DNA from: Candidatus Wolfebacteria bacterium GW2011_GWE2_44_13 | Lineage (GTDB): Bacteria; Patescibacteriota; Minisyncoccia; UBA6257; UBA9933 | Assembly: GCA_001000675.1 (NCBI GenBank) | Contig: LCHW01000001.1 | Location: 360,875-424,874 of the forward strand | DNA: 64,000 bases | Direction: 5' to 3' | Program-made: the position numbers and the translations under genes | Part shown: piece by piece, positions 9,855 to 20,025 of the stretch | Layout of the letters: each line of letters begins with the position of its first letter | Numbering within the stretch: position 1 is the stretch's first letter | The notes under the pieces: model-generated | The model's database searches: none | What the model was told of the DNA's origin: nothing | Seen by the model: the letters and a program-made list of their open reading frames with translations, nothing else

Positions 9855-10517
9855 ATGCCAATACTAGCCATTAAACAATTAGTAAAAGCGTACGGGGCGC
9901 ATAGGGTTCTTGATCGACTTAATCTTGAAATTGCTGCAGGAGAAATTGTGGCGCTTATGGGAAAATCAGGAGTGGGGAAGACGACGTTGCTTTCTTGTAT
10001 TCTTGGATTTGAAAAACCAGATAGCGGAACAATCGAAATTAATGGGCGTGATGTTGCCAGAGTTGCTATTGAGGAACGACGGCTTGCATATGTGTCCCAG
10101 GATTACGGTTTATTTCCTCATTTGTCGGTGCGGGATAATATTGCTTTTGGAATGACGATACGCAAGAAGCCTCATACAGAAATTGATCAGCGGGTGCAAG
10201 AATTATTACATACTGTTGAGTTACCAAAAATAATATTGAACCGTGGCGTAGATCGGCTATCAGGGGGAGAGCGGCAACGCGTTGCGCTTGCGCGTGCGTT
10301 AGCAGTTGAGCCAAAGCTTTTCTTGTTTGACGAGCCGCTATCTGCAGTAGATATGGAAACGCGTGCTGAGGTTGGCGCAGAGCTACGGGCAATTATTAAA
10401 AAGCTTGCCATTCCTGCTATTGTTGTTACGCATGATCCGAATGATGCACGTACACTTGCCGACACAATATATCGGCTGGAAAATGGGGTGCTTCAAAAGA
10501 TTACTATAAAGGCATAA
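9855..10517 (+). CDS. ABC importer ATP-binding subunit (ModC/CysA/PotA-like)
   Basis: GKSGVGKT, LFPHLSV, LSGGERQRVALARAL, DEPLSA. Confidence 0.92.
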   Translation: MPILAIKQLVKAYGAHRVLDRLNLEIAAGEIVALMGKSGVGKTTLLSCILGFEKPDSGTIEINGRDVARVAIEERRLAYVSQDYGLFPHLSVRDNIAFGMTIRKKPHTEIDQRVQELLHTVELPKIILNRGVDRLSGGERQRVALARALAVEPKLFLFDEPLSAVDMETRAEVGAELRAIIKKLAIPAIVVTHDPNDARTLADTIYRLENGVLQKITIKA

Positions 10518-10618
10518 AAAATAGGGGGGGGTGAATTGCTTGACATTGTATATGTTTGTGTTGTAGTATGCACCTGCGCTACATAAGTAGCGACATTTGC
10601 ACTTTTAGGAGAAAAACG

Positions 10619-11158
10619 ATGACTGAAATGAAGCAGCAGAAGATTGCGCTTGATGCGCTACTGGTTGGAGCACCGCTTCTGACATTCCTGATGGAACTCG
10701 CTGCGATTGAAGAAAGCACGATTACTGAGGGTTTGCTTGAACCCATGCGGGAAGGCGAGATCGCACTGGGCGAGATGTTGCCCTTCGAAAAACGAGTTTT
10801 TGCGTGGTCTACTGCGCGCAAAGAGCAGGCGTCCCAAGAACTCAAGAGAATCAAGGAGACGCTGTGTGAGACTTGCGGAGCGTGCGATATCGTTGGTTCT
10901 GAATTCCGACAAGCATGCACCGCTGCCGTGAAGTTCGATGACGAAACGGATAAAGGGATTGCTTTTCTGCACGATTCAATTCGTGCGCGGTTTCCTGACG
11001 CTAAGGGGGCGTACTTGCTGCGCAAAGGGTTTATGGTTGTGCAGAGCGCGAAGCCGGAAAAATCTGCGCGGTCCGAGATGCACGTTCACGTTGTTTCTGG
11101 CTTCGGATTTGAGGGACTCCTCGGGATTCTTGCCTCCGGGTTAGCTCGGAAGTCATAA
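10619..11158 (+). CDS. orphan protein with Cys cluster (solo gene)
   Basis: AGGAG SD before ATG 10619; TTGACA-18-TAGTAT; CETCGAC; terminator 11187-11216. Confidence 0.7.
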   Translation: MTEMKQQKIALDALLVGAPLLTFLMELAAIEESTITEGLLEPMREGEIALGEMLPFEKRVFAWSTARKEQASQELKRIKETLCETCGACDIVGSEFRQACTAAVKFDDETDKGIAFLHDSIRARFPDAKGAYLLRKGFMVVQSAKPEKSARSEMHVHVVSGFGFEGLLGILASGLARKS

Positions 11159-11253
11159 TCGTTCTCGCCTACGGGGCGAGAGCAGGGAGCTCGACGTTAT
11201 GTCGAGCTCTTTTTTGTTGTATCGATAAGTGATGTATACTTTTATTATTACCT

Positions 11254-11814
11254 ATGGCGAAAGAAGTAAAAACAATTATATTGTGCAATCGAGCGATTAC
11301 CTATGATTTAAAAAAGAGCAGCCGTGCAAAACGGATGCGTATTTCTATTGGCGCTGGGGGAGCACTTTCTGTTACCGTGCCGTATCGATTTCCTGAACCA
11401 TTTATTGAACGATTTATGCGAGAAAAAGCAGGATGGATTTTGCGACAGATTACAGTATTTGAACAGCGGGGCGGAAGACTTACGCGGTATACGCGGGCGC
11501 ATTATTTGGAACATAAAGAAGCTGCTCGTGAGTTGGCACATACACGCTTGGCGCATTTTAATCAATTCTATAATTACTCATATGGGGATATTAGTATCCG
11601 TGATCAAAAAACGCGATGGGGGAGTTGTTCTCGTTCTGGCAACTTAAACTTTAATTATAAGCTTGCGGTCGTGCCTGAACATATTGCTGATTATGTTATT
11701 GTGCACGAACTGTGTCATCGGAAAGAATTTAACCACTCGAAGGCCTTTTGGGATTTGGTTGCGCGAACTATTCCTAATCATAAAGAAATTCGCAAGGAGT
11801 TAAAGTTACTATAA
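11254..11814 (+). CDS. YgjP/DUF45 SprT-like zinc metalloprotein
   Basis: KTRWGSCS, YVIVHELCH...NHS..FW. Confidence 0.9.
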   Translation: MAKEVKTIILCNRAITYDLKKSSRAKRMRISIGAGGALSVTVPYRFPEPFIERFMREKAGWILRQITVFEQRGGRLTRYTRAHYLEHKEAARELAHTRLAHFNQFYNYSYGDISIRDQKTRWGSCSRSGNLNFNYKLAVVPEHIADYVIVHELCHRKEFNHSKAFWDLVARTIPNHKEIRKELKLL

Positions 11815-11931
11815 AGAAGGAAGTAAGCGATAGCGCGCCTAATGGCGCGCTATTTTTGTAGGGGCTTGAAAGTGAATTGCGAGAGGTATAGAATAAAAAT
11901 TCCTCGTTTCTAAATTTATACAATACAGATT

Positions 11932-13569
11932 ATGAGTAAAAAAGCAGTATTTTCTAATATTCAAAATAACTGGAAGTCTGGTTTAACGGTTGCGCTTGTT
12001 GCGCTTCCGCTATCACTTTCGCTCGGCGTTGCCGCAGGTGCTACGCCGCTTATGGGCGTTATTACCGCTATTTGGGCAGGTCTTATTGCTGCCGTGTTTG
12101 GCGGAAACAATTATAACGTCGTTGGCCCTACGGGAGCACTTTCTGGAATCCTTGCAACATATGCGCTTATGTATGGTGCGGCCAGCTTGCCGTTTTTGGC
12201 AATTTTAAGTGGAATCATTATTCTTATTTTTTATGCATTGCATTGGGAGCGCTATATTGTGTTTATCCCTGCGAGCGTAGTGCATGGGTTTACACTTGGT
12301 GTTGCATTTATTATTGGATTAAATCAATTAAACTTCGCGCTTGGATTAACGGGCTTGCCTAGCCATGAACGATTTTTTGATAATGTTATCGAATCTTTTT
12401 CGCATATTGGAGAGACGAGTTTGGTTGCTGTCGTGTTATTCGCAATCGCCTTGGCTGTAATTATTGCATTACGGAAATATACACCTCGTATTCCTGGGGC
12501 TATCGCGATTGCGCCGTTCGGTATTTTAATTGGATGGCTTGCTGAGCGGGGGACTATCACACTCCCAGTGCAAACAATTGCATCAAAGTTCGGTTCTATT
12601 CCGAATGCAATTGCGAGTATACCGCATTTTTCTTTTGCAATGATTGGACAGGGAGCGATTGTTGCGGCACTTACTATTGCTGTTGTTGCAATTCTTGAAA
12701 CATTGATGTCGGCAAAAATTGCTGACGGAACAACAAAGACAAAGTCGGATCAGCGCAAAGAGGTTTTTGGACTTGGTCTTGCAAACATAGCTTCGGGTAT
12801 GTTTGGAGGTATACCAGCAACCGCTGCACTTGCGCGTACATCGCTTAATATTAAGAGTGGGGCAACGCATAAAACATCGGCTGCCATTGCATCGATTGGG
12901 GTTGTTGTTATTGCGCTTGTTTTATTGACCGGATTCCAGTATTTACCGTTGGCATTTGTTGCCGCGATTCTTGTTTCTGTTGCTTTGTTTATGGTTGAAC
13001 GCGAACATTTTATTCATTTATATCGTTATGATAAAAAAGTTTTTGGTCTTGCGCTTGTGGTCGCGGGCATTACAATTGTTGAAGATCCAATTATCGGTAT
13101 TCTCGTGGGTTCGGTTGCTGCACTTTTAATGTTCGTCAATACGCTTTCGTTTGCAGAAAGTGAGGTTACGATTAACAAAGGAGGAGCTATTGTTGGCAGG
13201 CATCGTTCCGATGAGCTAGAAGAACTTGAGGATCATGGTGATATTCTTGTGTATCGATTTGCGGGGCAATTGACCTATATTAATTCGCAAGGGCACTTAC
13301 AGTCATTGGCACATATCAGACCAGAAACAAAGATAATCGTATTGAGTTTCCGCAACCTCTTTTACATTGATATCGACGGCGTCGATTCAATTACTGAAAT
13401 GATAGAGATGCTTGAACAGAACGGAAAGACGGTATATTTGTCGAGTGTAAATCAACATGTGCGGACGGTTGTTAGCCAGGCGCCGTGGTATGCACGCATG
13501 AAGCAGGAGGGGCGCAAGTTCGAATCTGTTTCACAGGCACTTAAACAGCTCACTGCTGAAACGAAATAA
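11932..13569 (+). CDS. SulP/SLC26 anion transporter with STAS domain
   Basis: GLTVALVALPLSL, GPTGA, GGIPATAALART, STAS YIDIDG. Confidence 0.93.
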   Translation: MSKKAVFSNIQNNWKSGLTVALVALPLSLSLGVAAGATPLMGVITAIWAGLIAAVFGGNNYNVVGPTGALSGILATYALMYGAASLPFLAILSGIIILIFYALHWERYIVFIPASVVHGFTLGVAFIIGLNQLNFALGLTGLPSHERFFDNVIESFSHIGETSLVAVVLFAIALAVIIALRKYTPRIPGAIAIAPFGILIGWLAERGTITLPVQTIASKFGSIPNAIASIPHFSFAMIGQGAIVAALTIAVVAILETLMSAKIADGTTKTKSDQRKEVFGLGLANIASGMFGGIPATAALARTSLNIKSGATHKTSAAIASIGVVVIALVLLTGFQYLPLAFVAAILVSVALFMVEREHFIHLYRYDKKVFGLALVVAGITIVEDPIIGILVGSVAALLMFVNTLSFAESEVTINKGGAIVGRHRSDELEELEDHGDILVYRFAGQLTYINSQGHLQSLAHIRPETKIIVLSFRNLFYIDIDGVDSITEMIEMLEQNGKTVYLSSVNQHVRTVVSQAPWYARMKQEGRKFESVSQALKQLTAETK

Positions 13570-13642
13570 ATCAACGAAAAAGAGCGTAAAAACGCTCTTT
13601 TTCGTTGCACAGTCCTTGAGAGAATGGTATACTTACCCCATT

Positions 13643-14674
13643 ATGGTAGATAAACTCTCTAGTATTAAAGCGTCTTTTGAGGCGGATGTGCAATTGGTGA
13701 CTAATCTCGAACAGTGGGAGGTGTTACGCGTAAAATACCTTGGACGGAAGAGTCAATTGAGCGACGCAATGAGTCTTTTGAAAGATCTCTCGGGCGACCA
13801 GCGACGTGATTTTGGTAAGCACGCAAATGAAGTGCGTACTTTTTTGGAAGTAGTTTTAGAAGATACACGTATTGCATTAGAAGCTAAAGGCACGCATGCA
13901 AATCGCATTGATGTAACTCGACCAGGCACTAAAAAACAAACAGGGCATTTGCATCCGTTGACACGCGTAGAAGATGAGATTAAACAAATCTTTTTGGCAA
14001 TGAATTTTTCGGTTGTTGAAGGACCAGAAATAGAAACTGAACATTATAACTTTGATGCACTTAATGTTCCGGCAAATCATCCAGCCCGTGAAATGTGGGA
14101 TACGTTTTGGATAAAAGGAGAACAGGGCAAGCAAAAAGGGAAAACCGGACCAACAGAAGCGCTCCGCTATTTATTGCGCACCCATACAAGTCCGATGCAA
14201 ATTCGGTATATGGAAAAGAATACGCCTCCGTTTCAGATTATCGTCCCTGGGCGTGTGTTTCGCTATGAAGCAACCGACGCTTCGCATGAAATAAATTTCT
14301 ATCAAATGGAGGGGTTGATGGTTGGCCCGCATATTTCGTTGGCTAACTTTAAATATGTTATTGAAGAATTTTTCAAAAAGTTTTTCAACGATCCTGCGAT
14401 GCAATTTCGTTTTCGCCCGAGTTATTTTCCATTTGTAGAGCCAGGAGTTGAAGTGGATATCAAACGAAAAGGAGATTCGAAATGGCTCGAAGTCATGGGC
14501 GCAGGTATGGTACATCGCAATGTACTTAAAGCGGTTGGGTACAATCCTGAAGAAGTACAAGGTTTTGCATTTGGTATGGGTACAGATCGTTTAGCTATGT
14601 TGAAATATAAAATTCCGGATATTCGATTACTATATAGCGGGGATTTGCGGTTTATTCAGCAATTCAAAAAGTGA
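13643..14674 (+). CDS. pheS: phenylalanine-tRNA ligase alpha subunit
   Basis: GHLHPL, NFDALNVPANHPAR, LLRTHTSP, FRPSYFPFVEP. Confidence 0.97.
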   Translation: MVDKLSSIKASFEADVQLVTNLEQWEVLRVKYLGRKSQLSDAMSLLKDLSGDQRRDFGKHANEVRTFLEVVLEDTRIALEAKGTHANRIDVTRPGTKKQTGHLHPLTRVEDEIKQIFLAMNFSVVEGPEIETEHYNFDALNVPANHPAREMWDTFWIKGEQGKQKGKTGPTEALRYLLRTHTSPMQIRYMEKNTPPFQIIVPGRVFRYEATDASHEINFYQMEGLMVGPHISLANFKYVIEEFFKKFFNDPAMQFRFRPSYFPFVEPGVEVDIKRKGDSKWLEVMGAGMVHRNVLKAVGYNPEEVQGFAFGMGTDRLAMLKYKIPDIRLLYSGDLRFIQQFKK

Positions 14675-14676
14675 CG

Positions 14677-14793
14677 ATGCATGTGTTCGCCGAATTACTG
14701 CGTTACGGGTCCCTGTCGATTCAGTCGCTGTATCAGTAAATACAGCTCTCTCGTCGACCTTCCCGTGCCTTGTACTTCATCCAAACACAAGCA
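14677..14793. repeat. long imperfect hairpin (REP-like element) between pheS and pheT
   Basis: GATGCaTGTGTT/AACACAaGCATC, ACGGG/CCCGT, GTCGA/TCGAC, GCTGTAT/ATACAGC nested pairs. Confidence 0.55.
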
Positions 14794-14822
14794 TCATCGG
14801 GGAGAGTTAATAATTATATATC

Positions 14823-16853
14823 ATGAAGTTCTCTTATACACTATTAAAAAAACTTGTTCCAGAAATTAAAAACCCTAAAGCATTAGAGGAGCATCTTTCG
14901 TTATATGCATTTGAAGTTGACGGTATAGAAGAAAAAACCTTCGATATTAAGCTTCCTGCGAATCGATATGGAGATGCGGCTTCACATTGGGGTGTTGCGC
15001 AAGAAATCGCTGCGACCATGGGGATTCGTTTCAGCGAGCAGCGTGCAATCGCAACGCTCTTAACAAGGCAAGTTACTACAACCGGAAAACAACCTCTAAG
15101 CGTTACAATTGAAGCGAAAGATCTATGTGCTCGCTATATTGGTGCTTATTGTGAAAATGTGAAGGTAGGCGAGTCTCCAAAATGGATTAAAGAGATTTTA
15201 ACTGAATGTGGTATGCGCCCTATTAATAACGTTGTTGATATTATGAATTACGTTATGCTTGAAACAGGGCAGCCGTTGCATGCGTTTGATTATGATAAAT
15301 TGGAGGGTGGAAAACTTATTGTTCGTCGGGCACGAAAAGGCGAGTCAATTGTTACGCTCGATGATCAAGAAGTTTCATTGACTGAGGATATGTTAATTAT
15401 CGCAGATGCAAAACGTCCGCTTGCTATCGCGGGTATTAAAGGCGGAAAATTAGCCGAAGTTGATACGCATACAAAGCGTATTGTAATTGAGGCGGCAAAT
15501 TTTGATCCGGTAAGTATTTATAAAACATCGCGCGCCGTTGGTATCTTGACTGATGCCTCTGCTCGGTTTGCACGAACATTGAGCCCTGAGCTTGCAACAC
15601 TGGGCGCTATTCGTTCAAAAATGCTTCTGCAGTCAATTATGGATTTGAAGCAGAAAGGGGTCGTTGATATCTATCCCAAAAAACAAGCAAAGAAAATTTT
15701 GAAATTTGAGCTTAACCGCTGCAACGCCTTTTTAGGAACTGCATTTGATGTAAAGACGGTGCGGACCTATTTTGAATTACTTGGATTTACCATCACTCCT
15801 TTCAATAAGACTCCTATTGCGGCTGGAACGTTTTTAGTAACTGCTCCTGCGTTGCGCACTGATATCGAGCATCCAAATGATCTCTATGAAGAAATAGTGC
15901 GATTGCATGGATTTGGAAATTTACGGTCCGCTGCTCCCTATGTACATCTTGTACCATCAGGATTTGAAGATGGTGTTGTATTGAAAGATAAAGTCCGCAG
16001 AGTGCTTACTTCGCTTGGTATGGATGAAGTATATAATCACTCGTTCGTAAGTGACCAATTTGGGCATGATGATGCAGATATTCGCGCTGAGCTTGTTGCT
16101 TTAGAAAATCCGATTAGTAAGGAATATACGTTTATGCGCCCAACACTTGCCGGAGGATTGCATGGCAATGTGGAGTCGAATAGCCGCTACTTTGATGCTA
16201 TTGCAGCGTTTGAAGTTGGGAGAGTATTTGCAAAACATAAAAAAGAGATCAAGGAAAATAATATGCTTGGTATCGTTTTGGCGAGCAAGGGAACTGAGCA
16301 ATTCTTCGAGTTGAAAGGTTTACTGCACGAATTATTTAAGCGCATTGGCTTAAACGATGTAACGATGTATGAAAATGCGGAACAAGAGCCACGATTTGCA
16401 GGAGCATATATTAGTGATCAAGAAATGCTTTGTATCGAGTCTGATGGGGAATGCCTTGGGTATCTAGCAAAAATGAAACACTTACCTGCAAAATGGCACG
16501 GTAGTATTGTTGAGCTCGATATGGCTCTTTTAACGAAGCTTGTCGTTGCTGAACATGAATATGTGCCGTTGCCAAAATATCCGTCGATTGTGCGTGATAT
16601 TTCCGTGCTTGTTAATACACGTGAACGCGTTGGCGATATTATGCAAGCAATGCAACTTGCCGATAGCGCAATTATTGAAGATGTCGACTTGATTGATGAA
16701 TATGAAAACGAAAAGCTTGATGGTAAGCGCAGTCTTACCTTCCGAATTATATTTCAGGCAGAAGATCGTACGTTAACTGACGAGATCGTGAATAAGGATA
16801 TGGAAGCTATTGTCGCGCTTCTTCGAAAGAAATTTTCAGCAGAAATTCGATAA
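14823..16853 (+). CDS. pheT: phenylalanine-tRNA ligase beta subunit (short form, no OB/B2 domain)
   Basis: RPINNVVDIMNYVMLETGQPLHAFD, DLYEEIVRLHG, YPSIVRDIS, RTLTD. Confidence 0.96.
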   Translation: MKFSYTLLKKLVPEIKNPKALEEHLSLYAFEVDGIEEKTFDIKLPANRYGDAASHWGVAQEIAATMGIRFSEQRAIATLLTRQVTTTGKQPLSVTIEAKDLCARYIGAYCENVKVGESPKWIKEILTECGMRPINNVVDIMNYVMLETGQPLHAFDYDKLEGGKLIVRRARKGESIVTLDDQEVSLTEDMLIIADAKRPLAIAGIKGGKLAEVDTHTKRIVIEAANFDPVSIYKTSRAVGILTDASARFARTLSPELATLGAIRSKMLLQSIMDLKQKGVVDIYPKKQAKKILKFELNRCNAFLGTAFDVKTVRTYFELLGFTITPFNKTPIAAGTFLVTAPALRTDIEHPNDLYEEIVRLHGFGNLRSAAPYVHLVPSGFEDGVVLKDKVRRVLTSLGMDEVYNHSFVSDQFGHDDADIRAELVALENPISKEYTFMRPTLAGGLHGNVESNSRYFDAIAAFEVGRVFAKHKKEIKENNMLGIVLASKGTEQFFELKGLLHELFKRIGLNDVTMYENAEQEPRFAGAYISDQEMLCIESDGECLGYLAKMKHLPAKWHGSIVELDMALLTKLVVAEHEYVPLPKYPSIVRDISVLVNTRERVGDIMQAMQLADSAIIEDVDLIDEYENEKLDGKRSLTFRIIFQAEDRTLTDEIVNKDMEAIVALLRKKFSAEIR

Positions 16854-16856
16854 TCT

Positions 16857-17228
16857 ATGGAACAACTTACTCAAAATGAACAATATAAGGAGGGAGATAG
16901 CGTTGAGCGCGTAGCTAATGTGCAGGACACATCTTTTGAACAAGGAGGAGGCGCACTTCTTGCTGAATCAAAAGAAGCGTATGAAAATGATTTAATGCAT
17001 ATAAAAATCGCATTGGAACATAAACGCGCTGCGCTTGATGAGCTTGAACAAGCAGCCGCTGCGCACGCATCAGTAAAAATTGATGCGTTTGCTGTTTTAC
17101 AAAATGATCTAGAAGGAAAAATTAAGAAAGCGCATTCTGATATTGAACTTTTAGAAACATTGCGTCGTGTTACACAACAACGACTAGCGCTATTGATTGA
17201 AGAAAAGGCTGACGAGATTGCCGAGTAA
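16857..17228 (+). CDS. hypothetical coiled-coil protein
   Basis: 123 aa starting 3 nt after pheT. Confidence 0.7.
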   Translation: MEQLTQNEQYKEGDSVERVANVQDTSFEQGGGALLAESKEAYENDLMHIKIALEHKRAALDELEQAAAAHASVKIDAFAVLQNDLEGKIKKAHSDIELLETLRRVTQQRLALLIEEKADEIAE

Positions 17229-17235
17229 CCATACC

Positions 17236-17649
17236 ATGGAACATCATACACAAACTGCTGGTGGGGTTGTGCTTAACGCAGATGGAGATGTGCTTATTGT
17301 AAATCAAGGTGGTGTACATTGGTCATTACCCAAAGGACATATTGAAGCAGGGGAATCTGCCCTTGTTGCTGCGCAGCGAGAAATTGGCGAAGAGGCGGGC
17401 GTTGACGAACTAACCCTGATCAAAGAGCTAGGAACGTATCAGCGTTACCAAATGAATTGGGATGGCAGCAATAACCCCGAAGAATTTAAAGACATTACGC
17501 TTTTTCTTTTTCATACAAAACAACGTGAACTACATCCACGCGATGCCGATAATCCATCTGCAAAATGGGTTCCGAAGAACGAAGTTGTATATGTGCTTAC
17601 AAATCCGAAAGATAAAGAATTTTTTTTCGGCATTGTCGATCAGCTGTAG
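17236..17649 (+). CDS. NUDIX hydrolase
   Basis: LPKGHIEAGESALVAAQREIGEEAG Nudix box. Confidence 0.92.
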   Translation: MEHHTQTAGGVVLNADGDVLIVNQGGVHWSLPKGHIEAGESALVAAQREIGEEAGVDELTLIKELGTYQRYQMNWDGSNNPEEFKDITLFLFHTKQRELHPRDADNPSAKWVPKNEVVYVLTNPKDKEFFFGIVDQL

Positions 17650-17707
17650 TATAAAAATAAAGCGCCCCCGGAGATGGGGGCGTTTTTGAAGTAGTGCCAA
17701 TAACCTT

Positions 17708-18100
17708 TTACTGGTACGTGGCGATGGCCTTTTGTGCTGCCTGGAGAACCAATTGATGGTCGGCGAATGCGAACCGCTGTGGTTCCAGCGATGCTCCGAG
17801 CTTGAGCTCGATACCGCTTCCATCGAGATAGACGACGCTTCGCACGAGATAATGGTTTTTGATGGCGAGCCTTTCAGTCGGCCAGTCAATGTCGATCTTG
17901 AACTGACCGGGGGAATCGGTCTGCTTCGTGATGTAGAGCAGCTCTGCTTTCCGAGGGCGCTTACGGCCTTCGGCTACCACAGGCCTTGCAACCGGCATTC
18001 TTTCGAGCGCGGTGTTCTTCCTGTCGACTGCAAGTGACAGAATGTTGAAAAGCAGATGCGCAATTTCTTCAGGATTCAATTCATTCGCGGCTTTGCTCAT
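17708..18100 (-). CDS. orphan protein (solo gene)
   Basis: GAGGAGG SD; TTGACA-17-TATAAA; shared terminator 17660-17687. Confidence 0.72.
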   Translation of the reverse strand: MSKAANELNPEEIAHLLFNILSLAVDRKNTALERMPVARPVVAEGRKRPRKAELLYITKQTDSPGQFKIDIDWPTERLAIKNHYLVRSVVYLDGSGIELKLGASLEPQRFAFADHQLVLQAAQKAIATYQ

Positions 18101-18237
18101 GGGGCCTCCTCGGGAATGGGGTTAAATATGCTGTATTTTTTATATTCTATTTATCTCGCGATGTCAATTCATTCATGTAGCTATTTCATTACCATTGTTC
18201 GTTTTTTCGCATGTACCTATGGTATAATTAATGCATT

Positions 18238-20010
18238 ATGGAACTCATATTTTTTATTGGGGTAATCGTGCTATTATTTCTCGTGGTTAACTTGAGGGGG
18301 CGGGTAAGTCGCCTCGAACAGCTTAGTGAAACGCGTTCCGCAGTACAGTCGCCAGCTCAATCGCAGGCATATCGGGAACAGGTTTCTCAGGTTCAGGTAT
18401 CTGCTCCGATAGAGCTTTCATCCCAGTCAACGCCCCAAGAAATGCAACAGTTTAATGTTATGTCTTCAACGACGGAGCCTGATGCTTTGGGTCGTCTAGG
18501 TGATTGGCTCAAAGAGGATTGGCTTTTAAAGCTTGGGGCATTTTTGCTCCTCATTGGATTTGGATGGTTAACAACGTACGCGTTTCTTAACAACTGGATT
18601 GGGCCAATGGGGCGCATTGTTCTTGGTATTATGGCGGGCGTTGTCATTTTGTCCTTCGGATGGTTCCGTATCAAATCGTATCTGCATCAAGGCGGTATCT
18701 TTCTTGTACTCGGATCTACGACGATCTTACTGACAATCTTTGCTGCGCGAGGAATGTATGATTTCTTTACGCCGCTTGCAGCGCTTATCGTTATGTTCTT
18801 AAGTACCGCGTTTGTTGCGCTTGCCAGTGTAAAATATAAGAGTCGTTCACTTGCTCTCTGTAGCTTGATTCTTGCTGGTATTGCACCACTTCTTACTAAT
18901 TCGCCAACAACCGATTATATCGGTCTCTTCGCATATCTGCTTGCCGTTATTCTTGGCGCTATTTGGATTACTGTCCTTACTGGACATCGAGAATTAACAT
19001 TAGCTTCGCTTTGCGTTATTGCGTTGTATAGCTTGCCCCATTTGATGATGATGACGCAGTCAGATAAAGGAGTCTTGTTGCTCTTTGCGTATGCGTTTGC
19101 CGGCATTTTCTTTATCACAAACACTATCGGTATTTTAAAATCAAAAGAAACAGCAAAGGGGATTTCTGTTGATCTCGTTACGGCCTTTGGAAATGGGATA
19201 CTCCTACTTATGTGGATTATGGTCGCCGCGCCCGATGTATGGCGGAGCCTCATTATCTCGGCGTGGATGATTGTATTTGCTGTCGGTGCGTTCCTTACCT
19301 TTAAGGCAACAAACAAGCGCGAACCTTTTTATGTGTATGCGGGTGTTGGTATTGCCATGCTTGCTGCGGCGACGTCCGCTGAGTTGCAAGGAGCAACGCT
19401 CACGATCGCATATGCGATTGAAAGCGGGCTCGTGGCATTTATCACCTACCTTCTTTTGAAAGATATTCTTGTTGCCGAAAAGATGACGCTGCTCTTGATT
19501 GGACCCGTGTTACTTTCTCTTGGGAGTATGTCTTCGTATACATGGGCAACGAGCGTGTTTCATAAAGATTTCTTCGTGTTGTTTATCCTTGGATCGGTTT
19601 TGTTCGGGCTCGGATTATTCTTTATGCAGAAATGGAATGCACTTAATAATTCACCCGTTTCGTTGATAACGAGCCTGTTGTTGATTGGCGGATCTGCTTA
19701 TGCATATATTCTTATCTGGCTTTCGTTACATGCAGCGTTTACGAATGATGATATTGCCGCAATGATGTCGTTGGTTATCTATACTATCATTGGGTTGATC
19801 ACTTATTTTGCGGCTGCGGGAACCGACAATAAGGCGTTGCGTATGTATGGCGGATCGGTGCTGGGACTTGTCGTTGTGCGCCTACTGTTGGTTGATATAT
19901 GGAATATGGAAATCGCGGGTAAAATCGTTACATTTTTCCTCGTTGGTACATTATTAATGACTACTGCATTTCTCGGACGTAAAAAAACAAACACATCGGG
20001 GGTCGTTTAA
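18238..20010 (+). CDS. DUF2339-like polytopic membrane protein
   Basis: WLLKLGAFLLLIG..YAF.NNWIGP.GR N-terminal signature; many TM helices. Confidence 0.82.
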   Translation: MELIFFIGVIVLLFLVVNLRGRVSRLEQLSETRSAVQSPAQSQAYREQVSQVQVSAPIELSSQSTPQEMQQFNVMSSTTEPDALGRLGDWLKEDWLLKLGAFLLLIGFGWLTTYAFLNNWIGPMGRIVLGIMAGVVILSFGWFRIKSYLHQGGIFLVLGSTTILLTIFAARGMYDFFTPLAALIVMFLSTAFVALASVKYKSRSLALCSLILAGIAPLLTNSPTTDYIGLFAYLLAVILGAIWITVLTGHRELTLASLCVIALYSLPHLMMMTQSDKGVLLLFAYAFAGIFFITNTIGILKSKETAKGISVDLVTAFGNGILLLMWIMVAAPDVWRSLIISAWMIVFAVGAFLTFKATNKREPFYVYAGVGIAMLAAATSAELQGATLTIAYAIESGLVAFITYLLLKDILVAEKMTLLLIGPVLLSLGSMSSYTWATSVFHKDFFVLFILGSVLFGLGLFFMQKWNALNNSPVSLITSLLLIGGSAYAYILIWLSLHAAFTNDDIAAMMSLVIYTIIGLITYFAAAGTDNKALRMYGGSVLGLVVVRLLLVDIWNMEIAGKIVTFFLVGTLLMTTAFLGRKKTNTSGVV

Positions 20011-20025
20011 TTTTATTTTTATCAT

